A DNA stretch of 63,793 nucleotides, filler included, from Nemertoderma westbladi (GCA_032718475.1; 3 parts of 3 records of this genome joined end to end with filler, not necessarily neighbours in it); one strand, 5' to 3'. Positions 27,123-39,440 are shown, counted from the whole stretch's first letter. Numbers and translations: made by a program. Notes: a model not told the origin generated them from the letters alone.

Positions 27123-30100
27123 TCAACTTTGTACACCGTGAGTACTGTTGCCAAACCACAAACCAATAATAATCCCTTTCGCCCACACAAACCGGATACA
27201 TTGTTCCTCTATTGTATTGTAATCCCCACAGTAGTTATTGCATATCGGTATAGCATATTCTGCATTATGGTATAGCAGAACTGAAATTAGCTAAGGTTGT
27301 TGTTACCCTGTATAAAAAGAATAGTAAAGTAGAACCCTGTAATTACCGACCTGTTAGTATATTAAGTACTGTATCTAAAATTCTAGAACTGTTTTTCTAC
27401 AGCTGGAAGCACATCTTAGTAGGCTAAATCTGATCTATGAACTTCAGTCCGGTTTTCGTAAATCATATTCTACAGACACCTGCCTTATTAACTTAACTGA
27501 TACAATTAGATGTAATAATGCAAATAGTTTAGATACTGTTATGGTAATGTTGGACTTACAAAAGGCTTTCGATACAGTAGATCATGAAATTCTGCTAGGT
27601 AAGTTAAGCCTGATGGGTGTAGGTTCTATAGACTGGTTCAAGTTCTAGCTGTCAGACAGAGGTCAAACTGTAGTCATTAGCAAATCGCAGTCTACTGTAC
27701 AAGAGATTACCTGTGGTGTACCGCAAGGTAGAATATTAGGTCCTCTGCTTTTAGTATGCTATGTAAATGATATGATAAGTAGTATAGATCCCGATTTTAA
27801 ACTCATCTTATATGCCGAGATGACAGTGCTCTTATTTTCTCTCATAAAGATCCTATCCATCTTTCCCAAAAGTTAAGTGCAGTTCTAGAATCCTGTAATT
27901 AGTTGTTGGTTGTTAATATGCTATCCAATCACCACGGTAAGACAGAAAGTATTTTGTTTGGTTCCAAAAGAAAGTTAAAGAAGGTTGAAGTCAATAGTTA
28001 TGGACATAAGATAGAAAATAAAAAGGAAGTTAAATATTTAGGCGCTACATTGGATAACTGCTTATCCGGAGAAAGCACAGTGAAAAATATTTGTTCTCGA
28101 AAGTTAACAGTATTACTACTACTTCTACTAGGTCGAGCGAACTCGGACGGATGAGATCCTTCCAGGCTTCCGGATTCTCCATAGTTGTCGCAATTTCGTT
28201 TCTTCTAAGTTCAGTATCCCTTTATGTTGATTTATATATGTTATGGCCGGTCGTCCACGACTACGCTTTTCATGAGTTGGTTGCCAGAAAAGTAGATCTG
28301 GTATGACCTGGTCTTTACTTCACCAGCAGTCTGCGTACTCTGCGTTCACGGAGTAGGTTGATACAGGTGGTATTGTTCCATAAAGCTCGACGTTTATCAT
28401 GTGTTGTCTCCAGCTGATGTTTAGGGCTACACTTAGTAGTCTTGTGTAGCAATCATCAATTCGTTGTTCAAGTGATTTAGTCAGTGTCCAGGTCTCACTC
28501 CCATATAAAAATACACTTTCCACTGTGGCTCGAAAGAACTTAGTCTTCAGATGCCTGGAGAGATCTGATTTCCAGATGGTATCCATTTTTGATAGAGCTA
28601 GCCAAGCCTTTGCTTTCCTAACTTCTATGTACTTTTTGCTACTCTCTATCCATGATCCAAGGTACTGGAAGTCGTCGACCTTCCTTAATTGATTATTATC
28701 AATGGTTGTCAAGTTTCCATCAACATTAAAACTCATGAATTCGGTCTTTGTAGCATTTATATGCAATCCAACCTCCTCAGCAGCCCTCTCCACTTTATTT
28801 AGTAGAAGCTGTGCATCTGGCTAGCGTATTAGAGAGCAGGGCGATGTCAACCACAAAGTTGGTGTCTGTGACTGTAGTTGCCGGATATGGGCCGTTCATG
28901 GAGTGTGAATCCCAGATCTTCACCCTTTGTGGCCATCCTCATTGCGTAATCCAGCACAATTACAAATAGTAATGGTGCTAATGTGTCACCTTGCATTACG
29001 CCAGCCAGGATTGAGAAAAACTCAGTTTCACCATCTGGTATAATATTGATAACAATCCACTACCAGCAACCATTAATTCCATAAGCTCTTAGGATTTCAA
29101 GCATTTTACCTCTATGGATGGAGTCGAATGCCTTCTTGAAGTCCACAAAAGTCATGACTGCGGGGAGATTCTTTGACTTAATTCCTTCAATCAGTCTCTG
29201 TAGTGCAAGTATCTGAGCTATTGTTGTAATCCTATATAGAATCATTTTATTGTATATTTTGGCAGCTACCACAAGCAGACAGATCCCACGATAGTTTTTT
29301 GGTATACCGAGGGCTCCTTTCTTGGTGAGAGGCTTTAGTTGACCTTTAGACCAAATTGGTGGTGGCTTTTCCCATTTTAACATCTGGTTGCAAACATTCA
29401 ATAATGGTCTGTTTAGCAATCCTGTTTTCCATACCTCCGCTGATTTCGCCTAATCCAATCGCTTTATTATGGGACATGCTTTTAATGCTTCTTTGGAGTT
29501 CGGCAGGTGTGAAGTCCCCTGTTTCTATAGGTGGTGTCTTGTCATATATTTTCCTTGTTGTTGACCTCGATGTTTGGTGGCTGCCCAAGCAAGTTGCTGA
29601 AGTGATTTTTCCACTTCCCAACACGTTCTTCAAGACTATCGGCTTTGAGGCGCCCCTTTGCACAAGTCTTGATTGTTGCTGTATGTGAGCAGTTGTAAAT
29701 GCTTCAATTTTATCCTGTATGTACTTTTCCTGGCTGATGTTTTAGGCCAATTTAAATCGTCCTTAGCTTTCTCAACCTTGTTAATGTTGTTGGTTGTTCG
29801 TTTTTTACTTTGTAGGCTATCTTAAAATCTTCTCTCTTACAAGTAACCTCAGAGTTTTGCCATGGCACATACTGTTTTCGTTTGAGTTTCTGAGGGATAT
29901 GCCTCTAAGCTGATTCCTTGTGGGCTTTTATTATATTCTGGTATATTGAATCGGTGGACTGGTCTTCATCCATTGACTGAAATACTTCAAAGCTTGAACT
30001 TCTACTGTGTAAGCATCCTTTACTGCATTGTCAGTTCTGAGTTTCTCCTAGTCGTAGTTGATTTGCTTGCTTGTCCTGGCTGGCTTTGCTGGCTCTCAAA

Positions 30101-30709
30101 CTAAGTCTGATCTCTGCAGTCACAATTCTGTGGTCCGAACCAATTAGGTTGAACGAGCTGTATGCCTAGCAGTTGATCATGCCGGTTCTCCACTTTTTGT
30201 TTATAAGGATGTAATCCAGTTGTGCTTTGGTTCCATTCGGGTATTGAAAGGTCCATAACTTCCCCTTACTCTTTTCGAATGTGGTGTTTGTTGGTATCAA
30301 TTCACATTCTTCCATTAGGTCTAAAAGTAAGTACCCATTTCTATTAGAACTGGTGTTATAGGTGTAACTCTTGATGTCTTCTGGGCCAATTTGCGCATTC
30401 AGGTCACCAGCGATGACTTTAACATTGTGTTTTGGAATGTCCTTTATAAGTCCAGTCAGATCTTCATAAAACTTGACTGCTTGTTCTGGCTCTGAGGCAT
30501 TGGTTGCACTGTAGCAACATATTACTGTTGTCTTGGAATTCCCATCAAATGTTGCGATCATAACCCGGGAATTTATAGATTCGATGTTGTTTAGGGTCTT
30601 AAGTGCAAATGGGCTTAGCAGAATTCCTACTCCACCAATTGATGCATTGGCCGAGTTTCTTACTGCTGAGTTTGTTACTAACGTCCATCAATTTCCTATG
30701 TCATTGTAC

Positions 30710-31053
30710 ATCAAATGGCAGCTGGCTTTGAAATTAATACTCCATATCTCAAGAACCTGTGACCTAGTGGTTGTAGTCTCGGCTTCCACCTCGAGGTCCC
30801 AGGTTCGAATCCGACACCACGCTGATGAGACCCAGTAAGGTCGAAACGCGTACGTGGTTTGGAGAGATATGAGATATTAATTTCAAGAAAAATTACGCGA
30901 TTCTTAAATTTGTACACTACCCGGTTAAAAAAGTACGCATGTGATGGGATTAGTCCTACAATTGCGCCAATAAAAGATAAGTTATTTTCGGTAAAATAAA
31001 CTTATCATTCGAGGTAAAGACCCCTAGATCCCTTCCTATATAATAAATGTATA
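30710..31053 (+). mobile_element. 344-bp retrozyme/SINE-like insertion: tRNA-like Pol III promoter plus hammerhead ribozyme
   Basis: 7-bp TSD ATTGTAC (30703-30709, 31054-31060). Removing the insert restores the RTE frame (..AMKY|NDIG..). A-box TGACCTAGTGG 30760-30770, B-box GGTTCGAATCC 30802-30812. Confidence 0.8.
30816..30858 (+). ncRNA. Type I hammerhead ribozyme
   Basis: ACCACG-CTGATGA-GACC cagtaa GGTC-GAAA-CGCG-T-A-CGTGGT: 6-bp stem I, intact core, 4-bp stem II, palindromic ACGCGT stem III. Predicted cleavage after A30852. Confidence 0.85.
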
Positions 31054-31260
31054 ATTGTACTTCATGGCAGTGTCTTCATGACAAATCCGATGTTCTTGGA
31101 TGCAGATGATGTCGATGTTATATTCCATTGCCAGAGCGACCATGTCACCCTGTTTGCTATGTGCTTTCAGCGCGCGTGCGAGCAATCTTTAGTGTCTTTT
31201 TACATTTCAACAGGTTGGTTCTTCTTTCTTCTCTGTCTTCTGTTGCAGTTGCCGATTTAT

Positions 31261-31338
31261 CGACCCTAGCCTGGTGTACCACTGAGGCCTTATTGACCCG
31301 GGCGACGACCGGGCCGGTATTTATCCAGGAGGGTTCTC
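31261..31338 (-). ncRNA. Possible degenerate HDV-like ribozyme at the RTE 5' end
   Basis: Minus strand has CGGCCC...GGGTCG (P2-like), GG-TCGTCGC-CC (P3/L3-like) and GCCT...AGGC followed by TA (P4/J4-2-like). P1 pairing is poor. The position matches known RTE 5' ribozymes. Confidence 0.4.
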
Positions 31339-31977
31339 ATACTCATATATCAGTTGACAGTATGCTTAGGTTTCTATACAGAAATAAAAATAGTTTAAAC
31401 ACCGACTCCCGTTACTTTGATCTTCTTTAATACAGTGTCACATGGAATATGCGTGCACTTCTTGGTATGAAAGCTTAACCAAACAGCTTAAATATAAATT
31501 ACAAGTAGCTCAGAATAAAGTAGTAAGATTTATTAAAGACTACAAACCTAGGCACCACCTAACTCCAGATGACTTTTCTGGATCTGGACTGCTTAACTTA
31601 GATAGTAGAGTTAAGCAGCTACGCCTTAACCATGTGCATAAAGTGTATAATGGTAAGTGTCCCAATTACCTAAAACAAAAATTCTACAGAGTGCGCGATA
31701 CACACTCTTACACCAGAGCTAGTGCTTCAAACTTTTACCTCCCGAATTGTAAATCCTTCGAATCGATACTTTCCTTTTTAACGTTATTAAAAATTGGAAC
31801 ACTCTGCCTAGTGAAATAAAAAACCTAGATAATCAATATTCTTTTAAATCTGCAGTTAAATCTCACCTCCGTGTGCAATGTAAAAATAGGTACAATAGTC
31901 CTACAGTAAGTTATTAGTTTATTAATTATTTACTATTTATACTGTAATTAAGTTTTATAATAACTTTTTCTGTACAT

Positions 31978-32077
31978 NNNNNNNNNNNNNNNNNNNNNNN
32001 NNNNNNNNNNNNNNNNNNNNNTTAATTAATTAANNNNNNNNNNNNNNNNNNNNNNNNNNNNNNNNNNNNNNNNNNNN
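31978..32077. other. Artificial contig linker
   Basis: 44 N + TTAATTAATTAA (six-frame stop) + 44 N. Confidence 0.97.
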
Positions 32078-32250
32078 TCTGAATGTGCTTTTGTCTATGT
32101 AAGTCTGCATGTGCTTTGTATGTACATTTTATTAACTGTATGTCTTATTGCTGTATTGCCTACCTATCATGAATATGGAAACATAGTGCAGAATTGCTTG
32201 ACTCTGTATTTTCAATTTTCTTCTGCTTGATTAGACTGCAATTCTCAACA
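32078..32250 (+). mobile_element. BEL/Pao LTR, 3' part (contig starts inside it)
   Basis: Matches 39571-39743. Confidence 0.8.
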
Positions 32251-32834
32251 AATTCTTTATTACAATAACCGCAATTATAATTTACATTTTTGTGGATTGA
32301 GTCGAAATGTTGTTTTAGAACGTTTTTTCTAACAAATGATTTTCCACAATCAAAGCAGGTATACTTCAGTACTTAATATCTTTATGGATGAAGTCGATAT
32401 GCATCTTAACAGAACTCTTCTTTAGAAACAGACTCTCACAATAATCGCATTTATACTTAGTGGTCTCTGTTGTTGTACAACTGATTGACGGTTCAGTCGC
32501 GTGGCAATGATCAACGTTGTTACCCGAAGTACCAGCAACATTACATTGTTCATTACGTTGTACCGTTTTTCGACCACAAAAGAATCTCCAGATGGTTCAT
32601 AAGAAATATCTTCGTCATCTAGAACTGGGACAGCATTTGCTGCACCGAACAAATGATGTTGTGATCTACGATGGTTGATGATCCGTAAACGCAGTTCTCT
32701 TGTTTAATTTCCTAGGGATAGGGTGTGAAGTCTGTTGGTTCATTCTTCACAATTGTAGATTCTGTTGGTTCTTTCTTTATAATTATACCAGAACCAAATG
32801 ATTTATCATTCAATACAATATGTTGTTGATTCAT
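32251..32834 (-). pseudogene. C2H2 zinc-finger pseudogene, copy 1
   Basis: Matches 39744-40327. Confidence 0.8.
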
Positions 32835-33131
32835 TATCAAATCTTTAATAAATAGTTATCAATAAATTGTATATATTAGTGTGGAATTAATTTCACACTA
32901 CACTTACTTAATCACCAGGCAGATATAATATCTAACTTTATATCGCAATGCGAAATTTAAAACACCACCACCCCCCAACCCCCCCCCCCCCCCCCCCCCT
33001 CCTCTAGCTTTAAGCAAACCTATCAACCCTCTCGAAATCTATATATTGCAGGAATCAATAAGTCTCACATGACCTCCTTCTCAGATCAAACTTGAGAGAG
33101 CTTAAAAAATAAGTTATCTATCTATTTTAAT

Positions 33132-33523
33132 ATTTTCCTCGGCCGTTAGGCCAGGGATTACGTACAAAGCCTGACAACTTATTTTCTTACAGTGCGGTCC
33201 CCCCAGAACTATATGAATTCCTTTTAGTTAGTTTCAGTTAGTCTTTTAGTTGGTAGCGTTAGTTTCAGAGAGGGAGGGGGGGGGGTGTTATATTGACCAC
33301 TATCCCCCTCGGGGTTTAAGGGGAATACCGGGGAAACTTAACATGCTGACATGGGCAGAAACTCCAGTACTAATTTAGCTACCATTTAAGGATGCAAGGC
33401 AGAGATGCCTCGCTAAACCCTTCAAAGCATTCGTGACGAAACGAAAACTACATTGGCCCCCAGTCCGGGGTTGAACGCACAACCTCCTTGAGATGTGGAT
33501 TCAATATAACCACTACACAAAGG
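33132..33523 (-). mobile_element. tRNA-SINE (family of 17899-18175) with an internal insertion; duplicate at 40626-41017
   Basis: Shared blocks CCGTTAGGCCAGGGATTACG, ACTCCAGTACT..TTTAGCTACCATTTAAGGATGCAAGGC and AAAGCATTCGTG. Confidence 0.7.
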
Positions 33524-33798
33524 TATGGGCTCTGAACCAAGGTGGAACAAGTGTCAGATACCGTCAGATCAGATCAGATCAGATAAGGGCAGACGTTTTA
33601 GCCATCCTACACAACCTAAGATTTTGTTTACCTTACAATTTTCTAGGCATATACATTATACAATTTTTTTACAAAGTAACCTGACTTCCTGACTGCAGAC
33701 AGGCAGACCTAGTGCAGTACCGGTAGTGTGTAACTTCTGAACTTAGTTGGTTAGTTCTGTGGTTGGTCACAGACTGTGACTCACAGTAATCTGGTAAT

Positions 33799-34630
33799 TA
33801 GGGCTCGATCGGAGTTGGGATTTGGCCGGAGCCGGAGCAGGAGCCGGAGTTGGACAATTTGGCCGGAGCCGGAGCAGGAGCCGGAGTTTTTCAAAAATTT
33901 TAAAAATTTAATTATTTATTTAAAAAAAAATAAAGTTTGGTTATCGTTCGCCAATCGCTCATAATCAATCATACTGTCAGACTGTAGGTATAATTAATTT
34001 CATAATTTATAGATTTACGAATTTTCAATTTAAAATTTAAGTAATTAATTTATCACTGTATCATGGACAGACGGCCTGACGCTGACGGCGACGGCCTGAC
34101 GGCTAAAAATTACCTACAGTACCTACCTCCCTAACTGTCTAACTGTGGTAGAGGTTGGAGGTGTGTACTGTAGGTAGCCTACCGTACGTGTACCAGTAGG
34201 CCTACTGCAGTACAGTACTGTGCAGTATGCTGGCATGACAGCAGTAAATTGCTGCAGTGGTACTGTCTGACAATCAGACAGTGTACAATCATAGCATTTA
34301 CAATTTTTTAAAGTAGGGCCTATCTGTAATCAGGTAATAGTCTGCTAGTCAGCTAGCTGGCCAGTACCAGTACTGCAGTACAGTCAGTCAGTCATTGACT
34401 TTAAGTAAATACTGCAGTATTATCAGATTATACTTGATATTGAAGCTGTAGGCCCTACTACAGTACTTATAGTGTTAAATAATTGTTCAGATTAGAATAT
34501 GCACGAAATATAATACTTTATTAAAAAATTAACTCCGGCAATATTTTTACCGGAGCCGGAGCAGGAGCCGGAGGTGCCAAAATCCGGCCGGAGCCGGAGG
34601 CCGGACTGCCGGAGCTCCGATCGAGCCCTA
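33799..34630. mobile_element. hAT-like MITE with CCGGAG subterminal repeats; duplicate at 43438-44261
   Basis: TIR TAGGGCTCGATCGGAG, 8-bp TSD CTGGTAAT. Confidence 0.85.
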
Positions 34631-34785
34631 CTGGTAATTGAGTAATATGACAATGATTGACATGGTTAGAGTTACATTTCTACAGTTTTAATTAGAGGTG
34701 AGGCCGTCACTTCTGTAACCTGCGACGCTACGAGTTTCATACAGTTGGCCCTATCTGCCTATAGGCCTACTGCATACAGCTAGGC

Positions 34786-36862
34786 CAAGGACTACTGAAG
34801 CAAGGACTGGCACACGGTAAATCCAGACTTCGCTAGCGAAGGCCATGTTGTTTATGTTACCGGCGGTAACCAGTTTCAATGATAAACATCAGAACATACA
34901 CATTTCTGGGGTGAAAAATTATGTAGAATCTATTTCTTGTATTAGTTTTTCAATTCTGCAATTACCTGTTGCTTTCATGTTTCATTTTAATGTTTCTTAA
35001 TAATGTAGAGTAGCTGTATAGTGTATATCTGTATAGGCCCTACTGGTATAGGCCTAATTCAAGTAATCCTCCGAAGTGGCATAGCACAGTCAGACAGTAG
35101 CACAAGCATGTACCAACGACATTTCGCCACACCGTCAGACCGTAACTACTAATTTGATTATTAGTAAATGGATTGCCACATTGATCGGATCGCCTTTCTC
35201 GAACAGTCTAAGGGTGAAGGTGAAGGGTAGAAAACGGTAATCTGTATCACCCACTGGCAGACTGCGAGAGTTTCCCGAGGATGTTCCGCAAATCAAGGTA
35301 GCCGGTTCGGTTCCCGGTTGGGTCGTTGCATTGAAACCAACTGTTACACCAAATGAATTTCCCAGAATACCAGCAACCTGTATACCTTCGACGCCACGTC
35401 AAACTCCGTCTGTTGAAGAACGACAGATTAGCTCATTGAACTCTAAGGACTTCTGGACTTGGTAGCTGGGTTCGTTGAATTTGATGCTGGGATCTACGGA
35501 TCTACTCCTGGCATCTGGGTGCACGATCTACTATGGACTGCAGATCGTCTGTCGTTGCGTCACTGCCTGGGACCAAATAACCAACTGTCCATTGGTCGCA
35601 ATTGAGATAACGCAATTCTGCAATTGAGAGAAGTTGTGGCAACGGTGAAAAGAGACACAGATCCACGAAGCGCTATAGGGTACCTCCAGAAGGCCCGCGA
35701 ACTTATTTGGAAGGTCGTCGACTCTGGGAATTCGAAACAACAGAGTCAGTTGGAGTACATTGTTCAAAGACATACTCAACAAAGGTTTATTATATGGTCG
35801 CATCGCAATCCAAGGCTATTCATTAACCCTATCTGGCCCGGGCCATTTTACAACGTAAGAAATAAATTTCAAAAATTTAAATTAAAGTTTCATTAATTAT
35901 TAAATTAATTAATTAAAATTAAAATAAATTTCAAACGCCAAAAATCGAATTTGGTTGGATAATACGATATTTTTGAGTGTCATATTCGTGTTCAGCGCCC
36001 CAGAAAACCCATAATGTCCAAAAATCAGGTTGATTTGGTGATGATTTTTGATTATGAAATTTGTGCTGCTTTGTATTTTCGTGCCGCACATTGACACATA
36101 TCCAAAATTACCATAATCAACAATGTACGATATATTTCAGTGTCATATTCATGATCAACATCACAAAAAACCTATATGATCATAAAATCAATTTGATTGA
36201 TTTTGTGTTGTGGTGATTCTTCATTATCATATTTGCGCTACTTGTTTATTTTGTGCCTCAGAGGCCACATTCAAAATTGCCATTTGAAAAGCAAAGTTAC
36301 TTAATCTATTTAATTAATAAAGAGCCCATATCAGGGCCATTGATGTGTTTTCTGGAGTGGGAATATTTGGTCGGCAATCATAATAATAAATAATATAAAT
36401 AATAACTGAATAATGTAATAACATAGGCCTAATAACATAATACTGTAATAAGCACCTGATAGTAATAAAAAGTACGGTATTATATAAAGTGATAATATAA
36501 AATACCTAAATAAGGCCTATAAAGTAATTATAAAATAATGAAATTTGTTGTGCATCTTTAAACAAATAATAAAATAATAGATATAAAGTAAATAACGGCA
36601 CCTGATAATGAAGGACTTCAAAAGGACATAACAGCATAACGAAAGGGACTACATAATTTATAAACACAAAAAAATATAGAAAATAATACATGAAAGCAAC
36701 AGATAATTGAAAAACTAATACCAGAAATAGATTCTCCATAATTTTTAACCCCAGAATGTGTATGTTTATCATTCAAATTGGGTACAGGTAACATAAACAA
36801 CATGGCCTTCGCTAGTGAGGTCTGGATTTACCATATGCCAGTCCTTGCTTCAGTAGTCCTTG
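34786..36862 (+). mobile_element. P-element-like non-autonomous transposon; duplicate at 44417-48084
   Basis: ~75-bp TIR starting CAAGGACTACTGAAG, 8-bp TSD AGCTAGGC. Internal degenerate THAP-like remnant at ~35165-35450 (KWIATL...FPED...KPTVTPNEFPRIPATCIP). Confidence 0.7.
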
Positions 36863-37583
36863 AGCTAGGCCTAGAAAATCTGTCTACCAAACAGATTTTT
36901 CCCGAAATTTAATAGGCCTACAATATACAACTGTTGCCTAAACTGCTAAACCACACTAACAATTTTCAGCTGAACAGTGTTAATTTTTTGTCACCTATTA
37001 ATTAATATAATAGCTGAATAATAGGTAGTCAGGTAGTATACCGTAATACAATGTTCGATACTTACTTATATATTCCACTACTTTTACGTACTTACGGTAC
37101 CGGACCGGTTTGCATTGCATAGTATTAGTACAGGTAGTATTACAAGGTGTAGTATTAATTTATATTTAATGACCCATCTTCCCACTTCCCATTTTGTACT
37201 TATTAGTTGCTAGTTATGTCGTTATGGTCATTGAAATATCTGAATATAGGTGGTGTACCGAGCACCGCAGACAACACACATTAATTATTTTATCTACAAG
37301 TACAGTACAGATGTACCTACGTCAGTACGTCTGTACGTTATCCAGTATTTCAGCATTAAGGAATATCTAATTTAACCTAAATTTTTTAGACACTGTTGTA
37401 CAGTATTTACACTTAGGCGTACCTACCTATATCTAAATTACTATATTTAAGTCTATCGGTAGGCCTATCTGCCTATACTACTATATTGTGTGTAAAGCCC
37501 GGTTCAAAGGTACACTTCAGTGACAGCGCTGTTTAATATTAAGATTTTAATTTGCAAAGATGATTTATTTATGAAATTAAAAG

Positions 37584-37763
37584 ATGTCGTATACTAATAG
37601 TACCCTGAAAACAAGCTCCGAACAATTTCTTGAGATTAAACATCTTTCGGAAGACACAAACTTTTCTATGTCAGTTTCTAGATCAACAGAATCCCGTGAA
37701 GTACCACTTAACGGTAGACCTAATAATTCAGAAATCAACAATAAAGGCGTGGAGGTAAAATGA
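37584..37763 (+). pseudogene. Truncated ZNF copy (59 codons), ending in TGA at the duplication junction
   Basis: Matches 48806-48984. TGT (Cys) becomes TGA where BEL sequence begins. Confidence 0.9.
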
Positions 37764-39440
37764 CTTCGAGTAGTAGCATACATTTTGCGATTTATTACGA
37801 AACATACACGTAGTTCACTTATAATTGAAGCTGAGGAAATGAATTTATCTGAACTTTATCTTATTCGATCTCTTCAAGCTTCAGCCTTTGCAGATGTTTA
37901 TGAATATGTTGCAACTAATCGTCAACTTGAACGAATTGAAGATTTAAGTAGCCATGTCAAATTACATCATGAGCGAAGTCCACCCATTGTAAAGCAACTT
38001 GGGTTATGCATGGATAAACATGGCTGTATTTGTCTTGCCGGGAGAGTAAAGATAGATCATAGGTATACATTACCTTTACTGCTTCCTAAAGATCATTATG
38101 TCACAAAACTTATTATTCGACATGTACATGAAACAAACTTACATGCAGGTGTTAGTTCTACATTAGTAGCTTTTCGACAGAAATATTGGGTAGCCAGCTC
38201 AAGACAACAAGTGAGAAAAACAATCCATCCATGCATTATATGTTCTAAAGTTATAGGGAAACCCTTTCCCTTGCCACCAACTCCATCCTTACCATATTTT
38301 CGTATTGATGCTGATGTACCTTACTCTGCTGTTGGGATGGATTACACGGGACATTTATGGATAATAAATGATCTTATTAATAGAGAGAAATTAAAAGTTT
38401 ATGTTTGCCTATTTACTTGTTGTTCAACACGACATATTAATTTAGAACTAGCTAATGATTTATCAGCTGACGCCTTTCTTCAATGTTTTAGACGTCATTG
38501 TGCTGTATATTCTACCCCATCATTATGTATTTCTGATAATGCTTCAAACTTCGTAGCTGGTAATGATGAGATCAGCGAACTCTACAATACCTTAGATAAG
38601 GAGGATACTATTAATAGCATGAAAGATATATGTGATGCAAACAAAGTAAAGTTATATTTCTGCAAAAGAAGAATACGGTTTCATCACATACCAAAGAGAG
38701 CCCCATGGTGGGGTGGGTTGTGGGAAATTCTTGTTGGCCTTGTAAAGACTGTACTCAAGAAAATTCTAAGATCATCATTTTTGACATTTAATGAACTGGA
38801 AACTGTGCTAAAAGAATGTCAAGCAGTGATTAATGATAGACCACTATACTATATATCTTCAGATATTGACTATCCCCAACCAATATGTCCTTCCGAACTT
38901 GTATTTGGAAAGCGTATTACAGGATTACCTCATCCACATGTTGAATTAGATGATATACTTGACCCTAGTTTTGGTGTAGACAAAACAACAATTAATCAGG
39001 CCCATGATAGACGCTCCCTCCTCCATAACCAATTTGTAACACGTTTCAAGAAAGAGTATTTGGAAATGTTAAGAGATAAACATATATCCCAATACAAAAA
39101 GGTATCATCCTACCAGTCACGTATTGATGTTGGACAAGTAGTTCAAATACATAGTGACACACCAAGAGTCAACTGGAAGTTAGCAATTGTAGAGCAGTTA
39201 ATGAAAGGTCCGGACGGAGAAACAAGAGCTGCTATAATACATACGGCAAATGGTAAAACCAACCGTCCAATTTCTAAACTATACCCACTGGAGCTTAGTG
39301 TAAGCAATATAGGGGACTTTAGAAAGAAAGAAACCCTTGAACCCCAAGATAAAGATATACGTAGAAGTACTAGAAATGCAGCTGCTAGAGCCACTGAAAG
39401 AATCAAGGAGCAGCTTCAAGATGGCCCGGGAGAATGTTGA
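37764..39440 (+). CDS. BEL/Pao LTR retrotransposon pol C-terminus: HHCC zinc finger, DDE integrase, DUF5641-like tail
   Basis: LRVVAYILRF, H-ETNL-H...CIIC, GMDYTG, ISDNASNF, PWWGGLWE, INDRPL, WKLAIVEQLMKGPDG..RPISKLYPLE. No stops over ~558 codons. Confidence 0.92.
   Translation, partial: LRVVAYILRFITKHTRSSLIIEAEEMNLSELYLIRSLQASAFADVYEYVATNRQLERIEDLSSHVKLHHERSPPIVKQLGLCMDKHGCICLAGRVKIDHRYTLPLLLPKDHYVTKLIIRHVHETNLHAGVSSTLVAFRQKYWVASSRQQVRKTIHPCIICSKVIGKPFPLPPTPSLPYFRIDADVPYSAVGMDYTGHLWIINDLINREKLKVYVCLFTCCSTRHINLELANDLSADAFLQCFRRHCAVYSTPSLCISDNASNFVAGNDEISELYNTLDKEDTINSMKDICDANKVKLYFCKRRIRFHHIPKRAPWWGGLWEILVGLVKTVLKKILRSSFLTFNELETVLKECQAVINDRPLYYISSDIDYPQPICPSELVFGKRITGLPHPHVELDDILDPSFGVDKTTINQAHDRRSLLHNQFVTRFKKEYLEMLRDKHISQYKKVSSYQSRIDVGQVVQIHSDTPRVNWKLAIVEQLMKGPDGETRAAIIHTANGKTNRPISKLYPLELSVSNIGDFRKKETLEPQDKDIRRSTRNAAARATERIKEQLQDGPGEC

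Larger units (their letters stand above)
28114..31351 (-). mobile_element. RTE-like LINE, degenerate, near full length
   Basis: 12-bp TSD AGTT(A/G)ACAGTAT (28102-28113, 31352-31363) and (TAG)n tail. DIICIQEHR, GGVG, AGDLNA, QLDYIL, DFKKAFDS, FQYLGS, LYGSETW. Confidence 0.9.
27290..31970 (+). mobile_element. Degenerate L2/CR1-group LINE RT, split by the RTE insertion (27290-28113 and 31352-31970)
   Basis: NYRPVSIL, QSGFR, DLQKAFDTVDH, GVPQG and KYLG before the break. EYACTSW..LQVAQNK..HSYTRAS after it. Confidence 0.85.

Noticed and set aside
30753-30815. Functional tRNA gene
   Set aside because: No acceptor stem. The 3' side runs into the hammerhead and the sequence sits inside a TSD-flanked insert.
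31978-32077. TTAATTAATTAA inside N runs (also 56594-56605)
   Set aside because: Artificial six-frame-stop linker. Adjacency across it is not biological.
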